A stretch of DNA of 29,216 nucleotides from a virus (lineage: Duplodnaviria; Caudoviricetes). The notes beneath the pieces are model-generated. The model was not told the DNA's origin. It did not search any database and saw only the letters and a list, made by a program, of their open reading frames with translations. Both the position numbers and the translations under genes were made by a program. Positions 9,932-19,681 of this stretch are shown in pieces; the first letter of the stretch is position 1; each line of letters starts with the position of its first letter. The stretch lies in the IMG/VR virus record IMGVR_UViG_3300025626_000097, positions 1-29,216 of that record. One strand, given 5' to 3'.

Positions 9932-12900
9932 TTAGAAAGTGCCGCCATCTATGGTATCTGTCCATACTGGTGTTGCATCAACTGCACTTGTTACAGTTAG
10001 TATTTGGAAACTGTCACTTGCATCGCTAGTTCCAGCTGCATCAGTAACTTGAACATCAGTGGCTGCGTTACCATAAAGTATACCATCTGTTGTAAATGTG
10101 CTTACGCCTGTACCACCGTGTGCAACTGCTAAGTCGTTGTCTAGACTTACTGTCCCAGTTACGTGGAAGTTATGGTTTACAGTTAATGTACCTGTTGCAG
10201 CACCTATACTTATTGTTGTAGCATCGCCTGCAAAGTTTACAGTTGTAGCTGTTGTATTCAACAAGTTAAATGTTGTCTGATTAGTACTCAGTGTATCGTT
10301 GTTGATTGCAAGATCAGTTGTTAGTGTTGATACATCTTCACTTAATCTAAGTTTTTCAATACCAGCTGTACCACTGATCATAGTGCTGAACACCATATCA
10401 AAGTCTTCTTGTAGACCTGTTATATCTGTTGCTACTAATGCAATGTCGCCTGCAATTTCAAAGTTATTGTTTGCAGTTTCCATTTCAAAACGTACACCAG
10501 TACCACTACCGGCAACTGGAGTGCCTGCTGAACTATGGTGCGCAAATGTCATTGGATATACAATATCGTCTGCACTACTATCAGGTGCATTCATTATAAG
10601 TTTCAAGCCATCTTGTGCAAGAACTGTGTTTGCTCTAATATCAATAGTGTCAGTTGCTAGTTTAGTAAGTTGTAATACGCCACTGTTGTTGCCACCAATA
10701 GCACCTTGTACATTTATGTCTTTGGCAACACCAAGTCCGCCTGCTATTACAACTGCGCCGTTACCAAAGTTACTGCTTACTGTTGTATTAGCAAATGTTG
10801 TTATGACACTACCATCAACATTAAAGAATGTATTACCAATAATAGCACGTTGGGTTCCGTTTGTAAAGAACTCTAGTTCATCATTGTTAGCACCTGGGCT
10901 AGTTTCTGGACGGATAAATGTATTTTGATCTACATCTTTAACACCGCCTAGCGAGCCCCAAACATTGCCATCGTATCCTTCAAACACTGTTGTATCAGTG
11001 TTGAAACGTACTTGACCTGTTGCTTCTGTCGGACGTTCTGCTGTATCACCAACTGGAAGCTGTAAACTTGTAACACTGTCAATAATAACTATTTCGTTAT
11101 TAATAGTTAATATACCTGATGCTGCACCTATGTTAATAGTTGTTGCTGTTCCAAATGCATCTATACGAGTAGCGTTAGTATTGAATACATTAAATGTTCC
11201 TGTTTCGTCTGTGGTAATGTTAGTACCGTTAACTTGTATGTCTCTATCAGCAACAATGTCTCTATCAGCAGTAATATCAACACCTGAGTGTATGTTACGC
11301 TGTGTACTTAGACCACCTGTGATTTGAACAGCACCAGTAGTATCGTCTGTTGCATCATCATTGTTTAGTACAATAATGTTTGGAACACTTCCGAACTCTA
11401 CAACTTCTGCTGTATCAGTTGTATTAATAGTAATATAGTCTGTGACGTTTTCGTGTATTCTAAATACGTCAACACTGTTATCCGGAACATCGATATCTGT
11501 TGTACCATTGATATCAATTGTATCAACTGCTCTATCATCACCTAATATAACACTGCCGTCTACTGTTAAATCAATACCTATGTTAACACTTTTAGCAATA
11601 CCAACACCGCCGTCAATAACAAGTGCGCCGGATGTGACACTTGTTGATTCAGTAGTATTTTCAACAAGTAGACTTGGACGTATGCCAAATGTAACTAGTT
11701 CTTCGTCTGTACGTGTGTTAATACTAATAAAGTCTAATGATCCTTCAGTACTAATACTGTATGCTTGCTGACTTTCATCAGGAATGTTTAAACTAACATC
11801 GCCTGTAAACACAATATCGCCGTTAACTGTTAAGCTACCTTGGACTAACATATCTGGATTAATAGTAACTGTACCTGTAGCTGCACCTATATTAATAGAT
11901 GTTGCTTCGCCAAATGCATTAATAGTTGTAGCACTTGTGTTTAATAAGTTAAATGATCCTGTAACATCTGTACTGATAACATCGCCGTTTACATCAAAGT
12001 CGCCGTCGAGTACTAAGTTACCTGTAACTGTGCCGCCTGTTAGTTTGTTTAAGTATCTGTTTTCAACATATGTTGATACAGCTTTTTGTGTAGGTGCAGT
12101 GTTAAAGTCTTGTGTACCAATAGTCGAAATCAAGTTAGCATTGTCACTAACTTCTTTTAATTCTACACCAACTGGAATACCGTCTCTAATAAACGGTCCA
12201 ACACTTGTTAGACCTTTGAGATCAATTTCGTTAGCATTAAGTGTAATACTACCTGTAAGTGCGTTAACACCAAAGAAGTTACCAACTCTGAAGTTACCAA
12301 TTTGGTCAACTGTACCACCAGCAAATACTTTACCATTGTTTAATTCTTGAATCTCTTTTTCGGCTATTGCTGTGCCTCCGAAGAACGGAAGTGCATTATA
12401 TGTAACACCAGCGCCAACGTATTCAAAAGCATGTCCTGAAGTACTAATAGTCGAAACGTTATACAATGAAATATCTTGTGTAGTTAATGCACTAGTAATC
12501 CCAGGGAATACTGTTACAGTTGCGCTACCACCATACTGTTCGTTTAAGTCTGCAATTGCATTATCTACGATTGTTTCAGTAGCACCAACAATAGTATTTC
12601 TTTCAGTGTTGTATATACTACTACCGAGTTCGTAGTTATGATTAACTTCGCTCCATCCTGTTGTATATCCCTGAAGTACTGAAAGTGCAATACGATCAAC
12701 TAGTAGCTTGAGTAAATCGCCTCGTGTTGTATCTGCATCTGGTATTGTAATGGTTTGAGTAGCTGTATTGTTATAACTCTTAGTTACTGCTGTATTTTCC
12801 GCAATCTCTTTTAATAAGCTACCTAGTTTATAATAACTATAAGCAGTAATTGCTGTCTGATCTGTTCCACCTACTGCTGTTGCATTTAAGATAGCACCGC

Positions 12901-15900
12901 TATAATATGCTTCAGCTGCTCTACGTGATTGCTTGTTGCCGCCATACATTGCATCGTAAATAACCGCATCAATAATGTAACCAGTGTCTCTTTCACACTT
13001 GTCGCGATTGTATTCAAAACCTAAAATACTGTCTTGAATGTATGTTATAACACCATTTTGTATGTTTGTTTTTTGTGCAAGCAATGCGTTTGCAGCTGAT
13101 CTTGTAGTAGCTGGTAACCAACTAAAGTCTGGATTAACTTCTCCAGGAACTCCAATCAACGATCCTGTGTTGATTGCATTTTTAATAGTACCGATAAGTC
13201 CAACTGCTGAGGAACTTTCAACACTTGTACCGTAAGATCCGGAAAGTACTTGTGTTTCTGTATTGCCGGTAGTTGGAGTAACTGTAACACCTTCAATACA
13301 TTTTAAAGCAATGTCTTGTAAGTGTGTGTATGCTGCAACTGTGTTAGCAACTTGTGATGCTGGAATATACTGTGCAGCACCTAAGAAGTACGCATTAGTA
13401 GCAATAATAGTTTGAATGTTGCCTGTGTATAGTAAATCATATGCAACTGCATCAATAATTGATCCAGTATCAGTTGTACATTTTGCAACATCATAAGAGA
13501 ATGCATTGTAGTTATCTTCAAGCTCTGTTATTGTATCGGCAACAATAGTTGCTTTTGCTGCTTCTAAACTTGCAATAGCAGTTTGTGCGCCGGCTGTTGC
13601 CCAAGTTGTAGTTGGGTAAGAAACTACTGGAAGATTGTCTACCCCGTCAGTGATAACATCTTGGAATGTTTGTAGTAATGTTTGTGCTTTAGTAACTTCT
13701 GTTGCAGTTGCAGCAGCACTACTTGTGTCTTGTGTTTCTACTACTTGCTCCGGATCGCCGTAAACATTATCAAGCAATACACTACCTAGTAGAGTGTTAA
13801 CCCATCCTAGTGCAGCAGCCGTTTCTGGCTGTTGTCCTACTACTTGACTTACATAGCCAACATAATATGCTTGTGCTGCTTGATATGTTGCACTGTTACC
13901 ACCATACAAAATATCGTATGTAAGCGCATCAACAATGTAACCAGTATCTCTGCTGCACTTAGCACTGTTAAATGTAAAGGTTCTTGTAAAGGTTTTATTA
14001 ATAAATTCAATTACATCTGTTTTATAAAAATCTACTTTTGTAGTACTATTTAAATCAGCAAAGTCAAGTTGTAGTGTTGCTGCTGTCCAAGTAATGTCTG
14101 TGTTGTTGTCTGCAGGAATACCATCAATGTCTCCTGCTGTAACTACATCTTCGACTATTTGTAACAAGTCTTCAGCTTCACCGGCTGTACCTGCATCAGC
14201 ACCTGGATTGGCAGTATCTTGACTAACAACTGCTTGCTCTGTACTTGCATGTGGAATGCCTTGTACAACATCCGAAATAACATTTGCAAGATCTGCAAAT
14301 GCTACTGCGGTTGCAGCTTGTTGTCCTGCGCCTAGTTGTGCTACTGCTCCTACAAAATACGATTCGGCAGCATTTTTAGAAGCTAAGTTTCCGCGATACA
14401 TAATATCATAACATAATGCATCAACAATGTATTTTACATCTCTTTGACACTTTGCAGCATTAAATACTACTGCCGGGAAGTTGTTAACAACATACGCACT
14501 TGTTTCAGCAGCTAGGAAGTCTCTGTTAGCTTGTAGTTGTGTAACTGCTAATGGATAGTTTAAATTTAGTCCACTATTTGGGAATGTGATAACATCTGCT
14601 GCATCATCTGTACTAACAGATCCGTTGTTAATGATATCCAATATTTCATTGAAGCCTGCTAATACTCTAGATCTAAACAGACTTGACAATTGCACTTCGT
14701 CAGTGTTTATTGTGTTTCTTAAATATTCAATAGCCTTGACTGTTTGTAAGTTTTGAGCACCAATAGCAACTGCTGCGTTTGCTCTTTGATATGCAAGTCC
14801 AGCTGTTACACTATTATAGTTTGTGCCGATAGTAGCATCGTAACAAACTGCTTTGATCATAATGCCAACGTCTCTTTGGCACTTAGCTTCATCGTATTCA
14901 AAACTCTGATAGTTGTTAGCAATGAAGATAATAACTGCTTCTTGAACACTTGCTTTGTTGCCTTTGAGTGTACTGTATGCTTGTTGTAACTCTGGTGTTG
15001 CCCAAACAACACTTGGTAGGACAACTGCTGGTAATCCAGCAATACTGTCTGCAATAATAACATCTTCGATGATTTGTACTAAGCCGGCTACATCATCAGC
15101 TTCAGTAGAACTTGCAGGAGTTCCGCTAGTATCTTGAGATAATGCTCCGCCACCACTTTGTACAACAGTTGCTTCAATAACAACATCACTTACAACCTGC
15201 CCTAGCCTGTTGTATGCTGCTGCTGTAGCGGCTTGCTGTCCTGCACCTAGTTGACTTGCTGCACCTACGAAGTAGGACTGTGCTGCTAACTGTGTTGCGC
15301 TGTTGCCGCCATACATAATATCGTGGCATAGTGCATCAATAATGTAACCTACATCTCTACTACATTTTGTACTGTCATATGTCAATGCCGGATAGTTTAC
15401 AGCGAGCCATCTAATAATTTCTTCTTGTATAAATGCTTTGTTAGCAATAAGTTGATCTTTTGCTTCAACACAGTTTACACTTGGCAATGTGCCTGGTGTA
15501 GCAAATACTAATGCATCTGCTGCATCATCTGTACTCAATGCACCGTTCTCTAAGATATCAATAATCTCGTCCATTGCTGCTTCAGCAAGTGGTTCCGCTG
15601 TATCGCTTAATCCTAGTTTAACTATTTGCTTTTTAAGTTCTCTTAATGCACCAGCTGTTTGTATTAGCTGATTATCTTGTAGTTCTGCACTACTTGCTCT
15701 TTGGTACGCAAGGCCAGCTGTTACACTATTATAGTTGGTTCCTAGTGCAACGTCAAGTGCTACTGCATCTAATATTAAACCAATGTCTCTTTCGCATTTA
15801 GCTTGATCGTATGTAAAGTCTTTGTAGTTATTTGTAATAAATGCAACTGCTTCTGCTTGCAAGAACGCTCTGTTAGCTTGCATTTGATTTTTAGCAGCAA

Positions 15901-18900
15901 TGCGTCCTGCGGTTGCGTCACTTGGGTCTGTCCAAAATAATGCATCAGCATTACCTATGCCGTTTGTAACAATGTCTATTACTTCATCAAATGCTGCATC
16001 AACATCAGTTTGTGCAGTTGCATCACTTGCTGTTGCAGTATTAGCTTGTCCTTTTGCAAAAGTGATTGCAGCGAGTGTTTCAGTTAACTGATCAGCTAGT
16101 ACTGCTCCAGCATTTACTCTTAGGTATGACAACCCGTTAGTTACACTATTATAGTTTGTTCCTAACAATGCATCACGGCCTGCGCCTGATATGATTATTC
16201 CAGTGTCTCTTTCACATTTGGCTTGATCATAAACAAAGTTGTTATCAGCAATATATGCAATAACTTCGCCTACCAAGAAGTTTTTGTTAGCAACAAATTG
16301 TGCGTGTGCGTCAATAAGTGCTTCTGCTGCCGGACCTGGCTCCGGATATTCAATACCTTCACTTGGTAGTTGATCAAACTCGATGATATCAAAAATGTTA
16401 TCAAATAAGTCGTCTACTTTAGCTTGGAATGCTGCTTCGCCATTTGCTGCTGCAACTGTTAATCTTTTAGCTTCACGCAATGCAATAATAGTAGCAGGCT
16501 TTTGCTGTACATTTAAGTATGCAGTGTTAGCACGTTTGTATGATAATGCTGCTGTAATACTGTTTTGATTTGTTCCTAGTTGTGCATCTCTGTAAACCGC
16601 ATCAACTATGTATCCAACATCTCTTTTACATTTTTCTTCATTGTATGTTAGATCAGCATTATTTGTCAAGTTATATGACAATACAGACGTATTAATAGCT
16701 GCTGCATTTACTAATAAAATAGCTGCTGCATTAACTTGTCCTGCCGGCTCGTCTTCAATATTTGGATATGCGGCTGCAACTATATTTGCAATACTCTGTG
16801 CATCGATAACACCTTCAACAATCTGTACTAGGCCGTCTAGTAGTGTTGCTTCTATTTGTGTAGCATTTCCGCTTGTAAAGTCTTGTGTTTCGGTATTTCC
16901 ACTAGTAGGAACAACACTTAGTCCTCTAATAACACGCTGGGCAGCGAATCTTAATCTAGCAAACGTATCTTCAAATGCTTGCTGGTTAGTTGTTGTAAAG
17001 TTTGTCCAAGTTACGCTGCGCCAGATGAATAATGCTTCTTGTCTTGATGCACTGTTGCCGCCATATAACAGATCGTATATTAATCCATCAATAACATTTT
17101 GTGCATATACTTCCCATTCGGCTACATCGTAAGTTAGTGTTCCATCAGCTTGAGCAAGAAACGCATTGAACTCTGCAACAAGAAAATCTTTGTTTGCTAA
17201 TAGTTGATCTTTTACATCTATTTGGTTCTGACTAGGGCCAACGCCTTCTGCATATGTTGGTACTATAGCAGAACTGTCGCCATCATCAACAACATTAATA
17301 AGCATGTTAAATGCTTCATTAACTCTAGTTACTGATGTTCCATCTGAACTGATTTCTGAATATCCTAATACAAGTGTTCTTGCATATTCAAAACTAGAAA
17401 CATATAAAGATTTAAATCTTGGTCTTAATCTAAATTCTTTTGCTTGTCTTATGATAGTCTCGTCGCCGCCGTGTCCGATATAGTACGAAAGTCCAGTTAA
17501 GAACACAGTCATGTCTTCAGTGTACTCAGAAGTATTGTAACTCATCTCTGTAAACTGATCATTGATGTATGCAGTTAATTCTTCGATAATAAAGTCTCTG
17601 TTAACTAATACATTATCTTTAGCTTCGATGATTTCGCTGTTGATACTGGTTAAATCATTAAATGAACTTTCAATCTGATCTCCAACAAAAGGAATACCAG
17701 TACTGTCGCCTGCACTAAGAGTGCTTGTAATAATATTGAAACGTTGATCTATTTCTTCTTCCATTGCAAGATTAGTAGTCAATGCTTTCATTTCGTCTCT
17801 AGTTGCTTCCAACGCATAGATTGTTGGAGCAAGTTGATCAAGTATAACTTTAGTTGAGGTACTTCTCAAATAACTTTGTGCGGCTGTAGTTGTCTGGTAA
17901 TATGTTCCCATAACAATATCGCCTGTTACTGCATCAACAATACGTCTTACATCGCGCTCACAAGTTTCTTGATTGTAAACAAAAGGTTGATCAATAATAG
18001 TATTTGAAGTAATATAATAAAAAGTGTCGTCGCCTGATAGTTTAATAACAGAACCAGTTTGTGGCTTGTCTCGTAAACTCGAAAGTTGAATACTTGCGTT
18101 TGTTCTTAGGTTAACAGTAGCAGTAGCTTGTACAGATGCGCCGCCGCCGGTAAATGTAACAGTTGGCAAGCTGGTGTAGCCGTCACCGGCATCAACAATA
18201 GTTACAGCAGCAATTTCGCCAGTTGTCGGATCAAATGCTGCTGTTGCAGTTGCAGTAGTGCCGCCAATTTTTTCAGGATCACTAAATGTAACAGTAGGAT
18301 TACTATCGTATCCTGTGCCGGAAAAACTAAGTGTTACACTAGCAACTGTAGAATAATAATTTTGTTCAACTTTTGCACTTGTATATGCAATAGGATAATA
18401 CCCATCTGCTACAACCCCGTTTGTACCAAAGTCACTAACACTGTTTGAGATACTTAGATATCCACCTTTAGTGGTTAAGAACCCTGTACTACAAAAAACC
18501 GAGAAGCAACTAACAATCTGTGTATAACCAAAGTTAGTAACGTGGAAGCCAATTCCGCCTTGTGAAATTTGTGTAAACGCATCTGCAACAAAACTGAATA
18601 CTAGAGATGCTGGATCGTAGTCGTCGCCGTCAACTAAGAGTCCGCCACCGCCGCCATTGATATTAACTTGTTTTTCTACAGGAAGACTTGGGTTGTCTGC
18701 TAACAATATTGGTCTTGCACTTGGAGTAATTCCTGGGATCTGCACAGTTTCAAACGGCACAAACTCAGTTCCGTCGTTCAACCACGGACCGTTCATATTA
18801 GTACAGTTTTGTACATAAGGTGAAGTAGTTACAAGTGCTCCTGGACGGATTCTAGCACACCAACCTGGCGCACGTAATCCTCTAAATGTTATTTGATACA

Positions 18901-19333
18901 AATAACAAGCGTTACCCATAAGGAAGATATCACTTGTTGGATTCTTTGGAAATACTCTTGTATTTCTAAGTTCGCCTTGACCTGTTACAGTAACAAAGTC
19001 ACGTAATGTAATTGGATTGTTTTCGTAGTAATCACCTGGGGCAAGAATAATAGTTGATCCAGCCGGTGCTACTTCTGAGGCACGTTTTATACTAGCAAAA
19101 GCGCCGTTTTTATCAGCACTTCTACCATCATTTAGATCGCTACCATCTTCTGTAACGTAGTAAACATTTGTAACCTTAGGGCCTGTAACGTCCCCGGTGG
19201 TTGTCATATTTGCGTTTACTTTAAACTCTTTGCCCTCTGCGAGGTTCATTTCCATGTTACCGTCGGCAGTAAGGATAAAGGTTTTATCGCCTATTTTTCT
19301 CTGGTGGATTGATTGTCTTTTGATAAAACTCAT
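9932..19333 (-). CDS. Giant virion fibre/appendage protein A (3133 aa): split beta-helix, 12 KCxRD helical units, fibre-shaft repeats, C-terminal IDGGTF
   Basis: The N-terminal YYVTEDGSDLNDG...ASIKRA...APGDYYENNPI signature is typical of pectin-lyase-like beta-helix caps. It also has GxGYxxxPTVTF repeats, the fibre motif LPVGDTAERP...GQVRFNTDTTVFEGYDGNVW and a DGGTF end, all common in phage fibre proteins. The start follows the upstream stop closely (TAATAAATG). Confidence 0.92.
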   Translation of the reverse strand: MSFIKRQSIHQRKIGDKTFILTADGNMEMNLAEGKEFKVNANMTTTGDVTGPKVTNVYYVTEDGSDLNDGRSADKNGAFASIKRASEVAPAGSTIILAPGDYYENNPITLRDFVTVTGQGELRNTRVFPKNPTSDIFLMGNACYLYQITFRGLRAPGWCARIRPGALVTTSPYVQNCTNMNGPWLNDGTEFVPFETVQIPGITPSARPILLADNPSLPVEKQVNINGGGGGLLVDGDDYDPASLVFSFVADAFTQISQGGIGFHVTNFGYTQIVSCFSVFCSTGFLTTKGGYLSISNSVSDFGTNGVVADGYYPIAYTSAKVEQNYYSTVASVTLSFSGTGYDSNPTVTFSDPEKIGGTTATATAAFDPTTGEIAAVTIVDAGDGYTSLPTVTFTGGGASVQATATVNLRTNASIQLSSLRDKPQTGSVIKLSGDDTFYYITSNTIIDQPFVYNQETCERDVRRIVDAVTGDIVMGTYYQTTTAAQSYLRSTSTKVILDQLAPTIYALEATRDEMKALTTNLAMEEEIDQRFNIITSTLSAGDSTGIPFVGDQIESSFNDLTSINSEIIEAKDNVLVNRDFIIEELTAYINDQFTEMSYNTSEYTEDMTVFLTGLSYYIGHGGDETIIRQAKEFRLRPRFKSLYVSSFEYARTLVLGYSEISSDGTSVTRVNEAFNMLINVVDDGDSSAIVPTYAEGVGPSQNQIDVKDQLLANKDFLVAEFNAFLAQADGTLTYDVAEWEVYAQNVIDGLIYDLLYGGNSASRQEALFIWRSVTWTNFTTTNQQAFEDTFARLRFAAQRVIRGLSVVPTSGNTETQDFTSGNATQIEATLLDGLVQIVEGVIDAQSIANIVAAAYPNIEDEPAGQVNAAAILLVNAAAINTSVLSYNLTNNADLTYNEEKCKRDVGYIVDAVYRDAQLGTNQNSITAALSYKRANTAYLNVQQKPATIIALREAKRLTVAAANGEAAFQAKVDDLFDNIFDIIEFDQLPSEGIEYPEPGPAAEALIDAHAQFVANKNFLVGEVIAYIADNNFVYDQAKCERDTGIIISGAGRDALLGTNYNSVTNGLSYLRVNAGAVLADQLTETLAAITFAKGQANTATASDATAQTDVDAAFDEVIDIVTNGIGNADALFWTDPSDATAGRIAAKNQMQANRAFLQAEAVAFITNNYKDFTYDQAKCERDIGLILDAVALDVALGTNYNSVTAGLAYQRASSAELQDNQLIQTAGALRELKKQIVKLGLSDTAEPLAEAAMDEIIDILENGALSTDDAADALVFATPGTLPSVNCVEAKDQLIANKAFIQEEIIRWLAVNYPALTYDSTKCSRDVGYIIDALCHDIMYGGNSATQLAAQSYFVGAASQLGAGQQAATAAAYNRLGQVVSDVVIEATVVQSGGGALSQDTSGTPASSTEADDVAGLVQIIEDVIIADSIAGLPAVVLPSVVWATPELQQAYSTLKGNKASVQEAVIIFIANNYQSFEYDEAKCQRDVGIMIKAVCYDATIGTNYNSVTAGLAYQRANAAVAIGAQNLQTVKAIEYLRNTINTDEVQLSSLFRSRVLAGFNEILDIINNGSVSTDDAADVITFPNSGLNLNYPLAVTQLQANRDFLAAETSAYVVNNFPAVVFNAAKCQRDVKYIVDALCYDIMYRGNLASKNAAESYFVGAVAQLGAGQQAATAVAFADLANVISDVVQGIPHASTEQAVVSQDTANPGADAGTAGEAEDLLQIVEDVVTAGDIDGIPADNNTDITWTAATLQLDFADLNSTTKVDFYKTDVIEFINKTFTRTFTFNSAKCSRDTGYIVDALTYDILYGGNSATYQAAQAYYVGYVSQVVGQQPETAAALGWVNTLLGSVLLDNVYGDPEQVVETQDTSSAAATATEVTKAQTLLQTFQDVITDGVDNLPVVSYPTTTWATAGAQTAIASLEAAKATIVADTITELEDNYNAFSYDVAKCTTDTGSIIDAVAYDLLYTGNIQTIIATNAYFLGAAQYIPASQVANTVAAYTHLQDIALKCIEGVTVTPTTGNTETQVLSGSYGTSVESSSAVGLIGTIKNAINTGSLIGVPGEVNPDFSWLPATTRSAANALLAQKTNIQNGVITYIQDSILGFEYNRDKCERDTGYIIDAVIYDAMYGGNKQSRRAAEAYYSGAILNATAVGGTDQTAITAYSYYKLGSLLKEIAENTAVTKSYNNTATQTITIPDADTTRGDLLKLLVDRIALSVLQGYTTGWSEVNHNYELGSSIYNTERNTIVGATETIVDNAIADLNEQYGGSATVTVFPGITSALTTQDISLYNVSTISTSGHAFEYVGAGVTYNALPFFGGTAIAEKEIQELNNGKVFAGGTVDQIGNFRVGNFFGVNALTGSITLNANEIDLKGLTSVGPFIRDGIPVGVELKEVSDNANLISTIGTQDFNTAPTQKAVSTYVENRYLNKLTGGTVTGNLVLDGDFDVNGDVISTDVTGSFNLLNTSATTINAFGEATSINIGAATGTVTINPDMLVQGSLTVNGDIVFTGDVSLNIPDESQQAYSISTEGSLDFISINTRTDEELVTFGIRPSLLVENTTESTSVTSGALVIDGGVGIAKSVNIGIDLTVDGSVILGDDRAVDTIDINGTTDIDVPDNSVDVFRIHENVTDYITINTTDTAEVVEFGSVPNIIVLNNDDATDDTTGAVQITGGLSTQRNIHSGVDITADRDIVADRDIQVNGTNITTDETGTFNVFNTNATRIDAFGTATTINIGAASGILTINNEIVIIDSVTSLQLPVGDTAERPTEATGQVRFNTDTTVFEGYDGNVWGSLGGVKDVDQNTFIRPETSPGANNDELEFFTNGTQRAIIGNTFFNVDGSVITTFANTTVSSNFGNGAVVIAGGLGVAKDINVQGAIGGNNSGVLQLTKLATDTIDIRANTVLAQDGLKLIMNAPDSSADDIVYPMTFAHHSSAGTPVAGSGTGVRFEMETANNNFEIAGDIALVATDITGLQEDFDMVFSTMISGTAGIEKLRLSEDVSTLTTDLAINNDTLSTNQTTFNLLNTTATTVNFAGDATTISIGAATGTLTVNHNFHVTGTVSLDNDLAVAHGGTGVSTFTTDGILYGNAATDVQVTDAAGTSDASDSFQILTVTSAVDATPVWTDTIDGGTF
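12530..17990 (-). repeat. Twelve tandem 136-164 aa KCxRD alpha-helical units of two subtypes in giant protein A
   Basis: Cys-position codons begin (minus strand) at 17962, 17524 (Tyr instead), 17116 (Trp instead), 16630, 16216, 15796, 15364, 14881, 14449, 13957, 13480 and 12997. Spacings are 146, 136, 162, 138, 140, 144, 161, 144, 164, 159 and 161 aa. Confidence 0.92.
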
Positions 19334-19336
19334 TTA

Positions 19337-19669
19337 TTAAACTTCCAAATAACTTAATGTTGCTGATAGGTTTGTTGGCGCTGCTCCTACTAGCATAACT
19401 CTGTCGCCTGCTTCTAGAATTAGTCTTTCCGCCGAAAATGTAAATGTATCAGCAGCAGCAATGTCTAAATCGTTTAGTATTAGATTGGTTGTGCTTTTTG
19501 TTGATCCGTTTGGAATAACATGTACATCAACTTTAGTATCGTTACTTCCTGTACCATCATCTTGACCTGTATTACATACAAGAAGTGTAGTTAATGCGTA
19601 CTTCTTTCCCGCTGGAACAGTTAAGAGCGTTGTGTCTGTTGTTAATACTGCTGCGTTTACTATTGCCAT
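19337..19669 (-). CDS. Small all-beta putative virion structural protein (110 aa), possibly a fibre adaptor
   Basis: Beta-strand pattern TVPAGKKYALTTLLVCN...DTFTFSAERLILEAGDRV...LSATLSYLEV, TAAGGA Shine-Dalgarno, and tight coupling to giant A. The function is inferred from context. Confidence 0.75.
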   Translation of the reverse strand: MAIVNAAVLTTDTTLLTVPAGKKYALTTLLVCNTGQDDGTGSNDTKVDVHVIPNGSTKSTTNLILNDLDIAAADTFTFSAERLILEAGDRVMLVGAAPTNLSATLSYLEV

Positions 19670-19681
19670 TGTTGTCGTTCC

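Noticed and set aside
12530-17990. CRISPR array or diversity-generating retroelement as the source of the repeats
   Set aside because: The repeats are in-frame protein units that vary at synonymous sites. I saw no constant repeat-spacer pattern, no adenine-specific template/variable pair and no reverse transcriptase in the window.
9932-19333. Intein or intron as the reason for the giant gene size
   Set aside because: I saw no C/S...HN-C/S/T splice motifs or homing-endonuclease motifs, and the length is explained by repeats.
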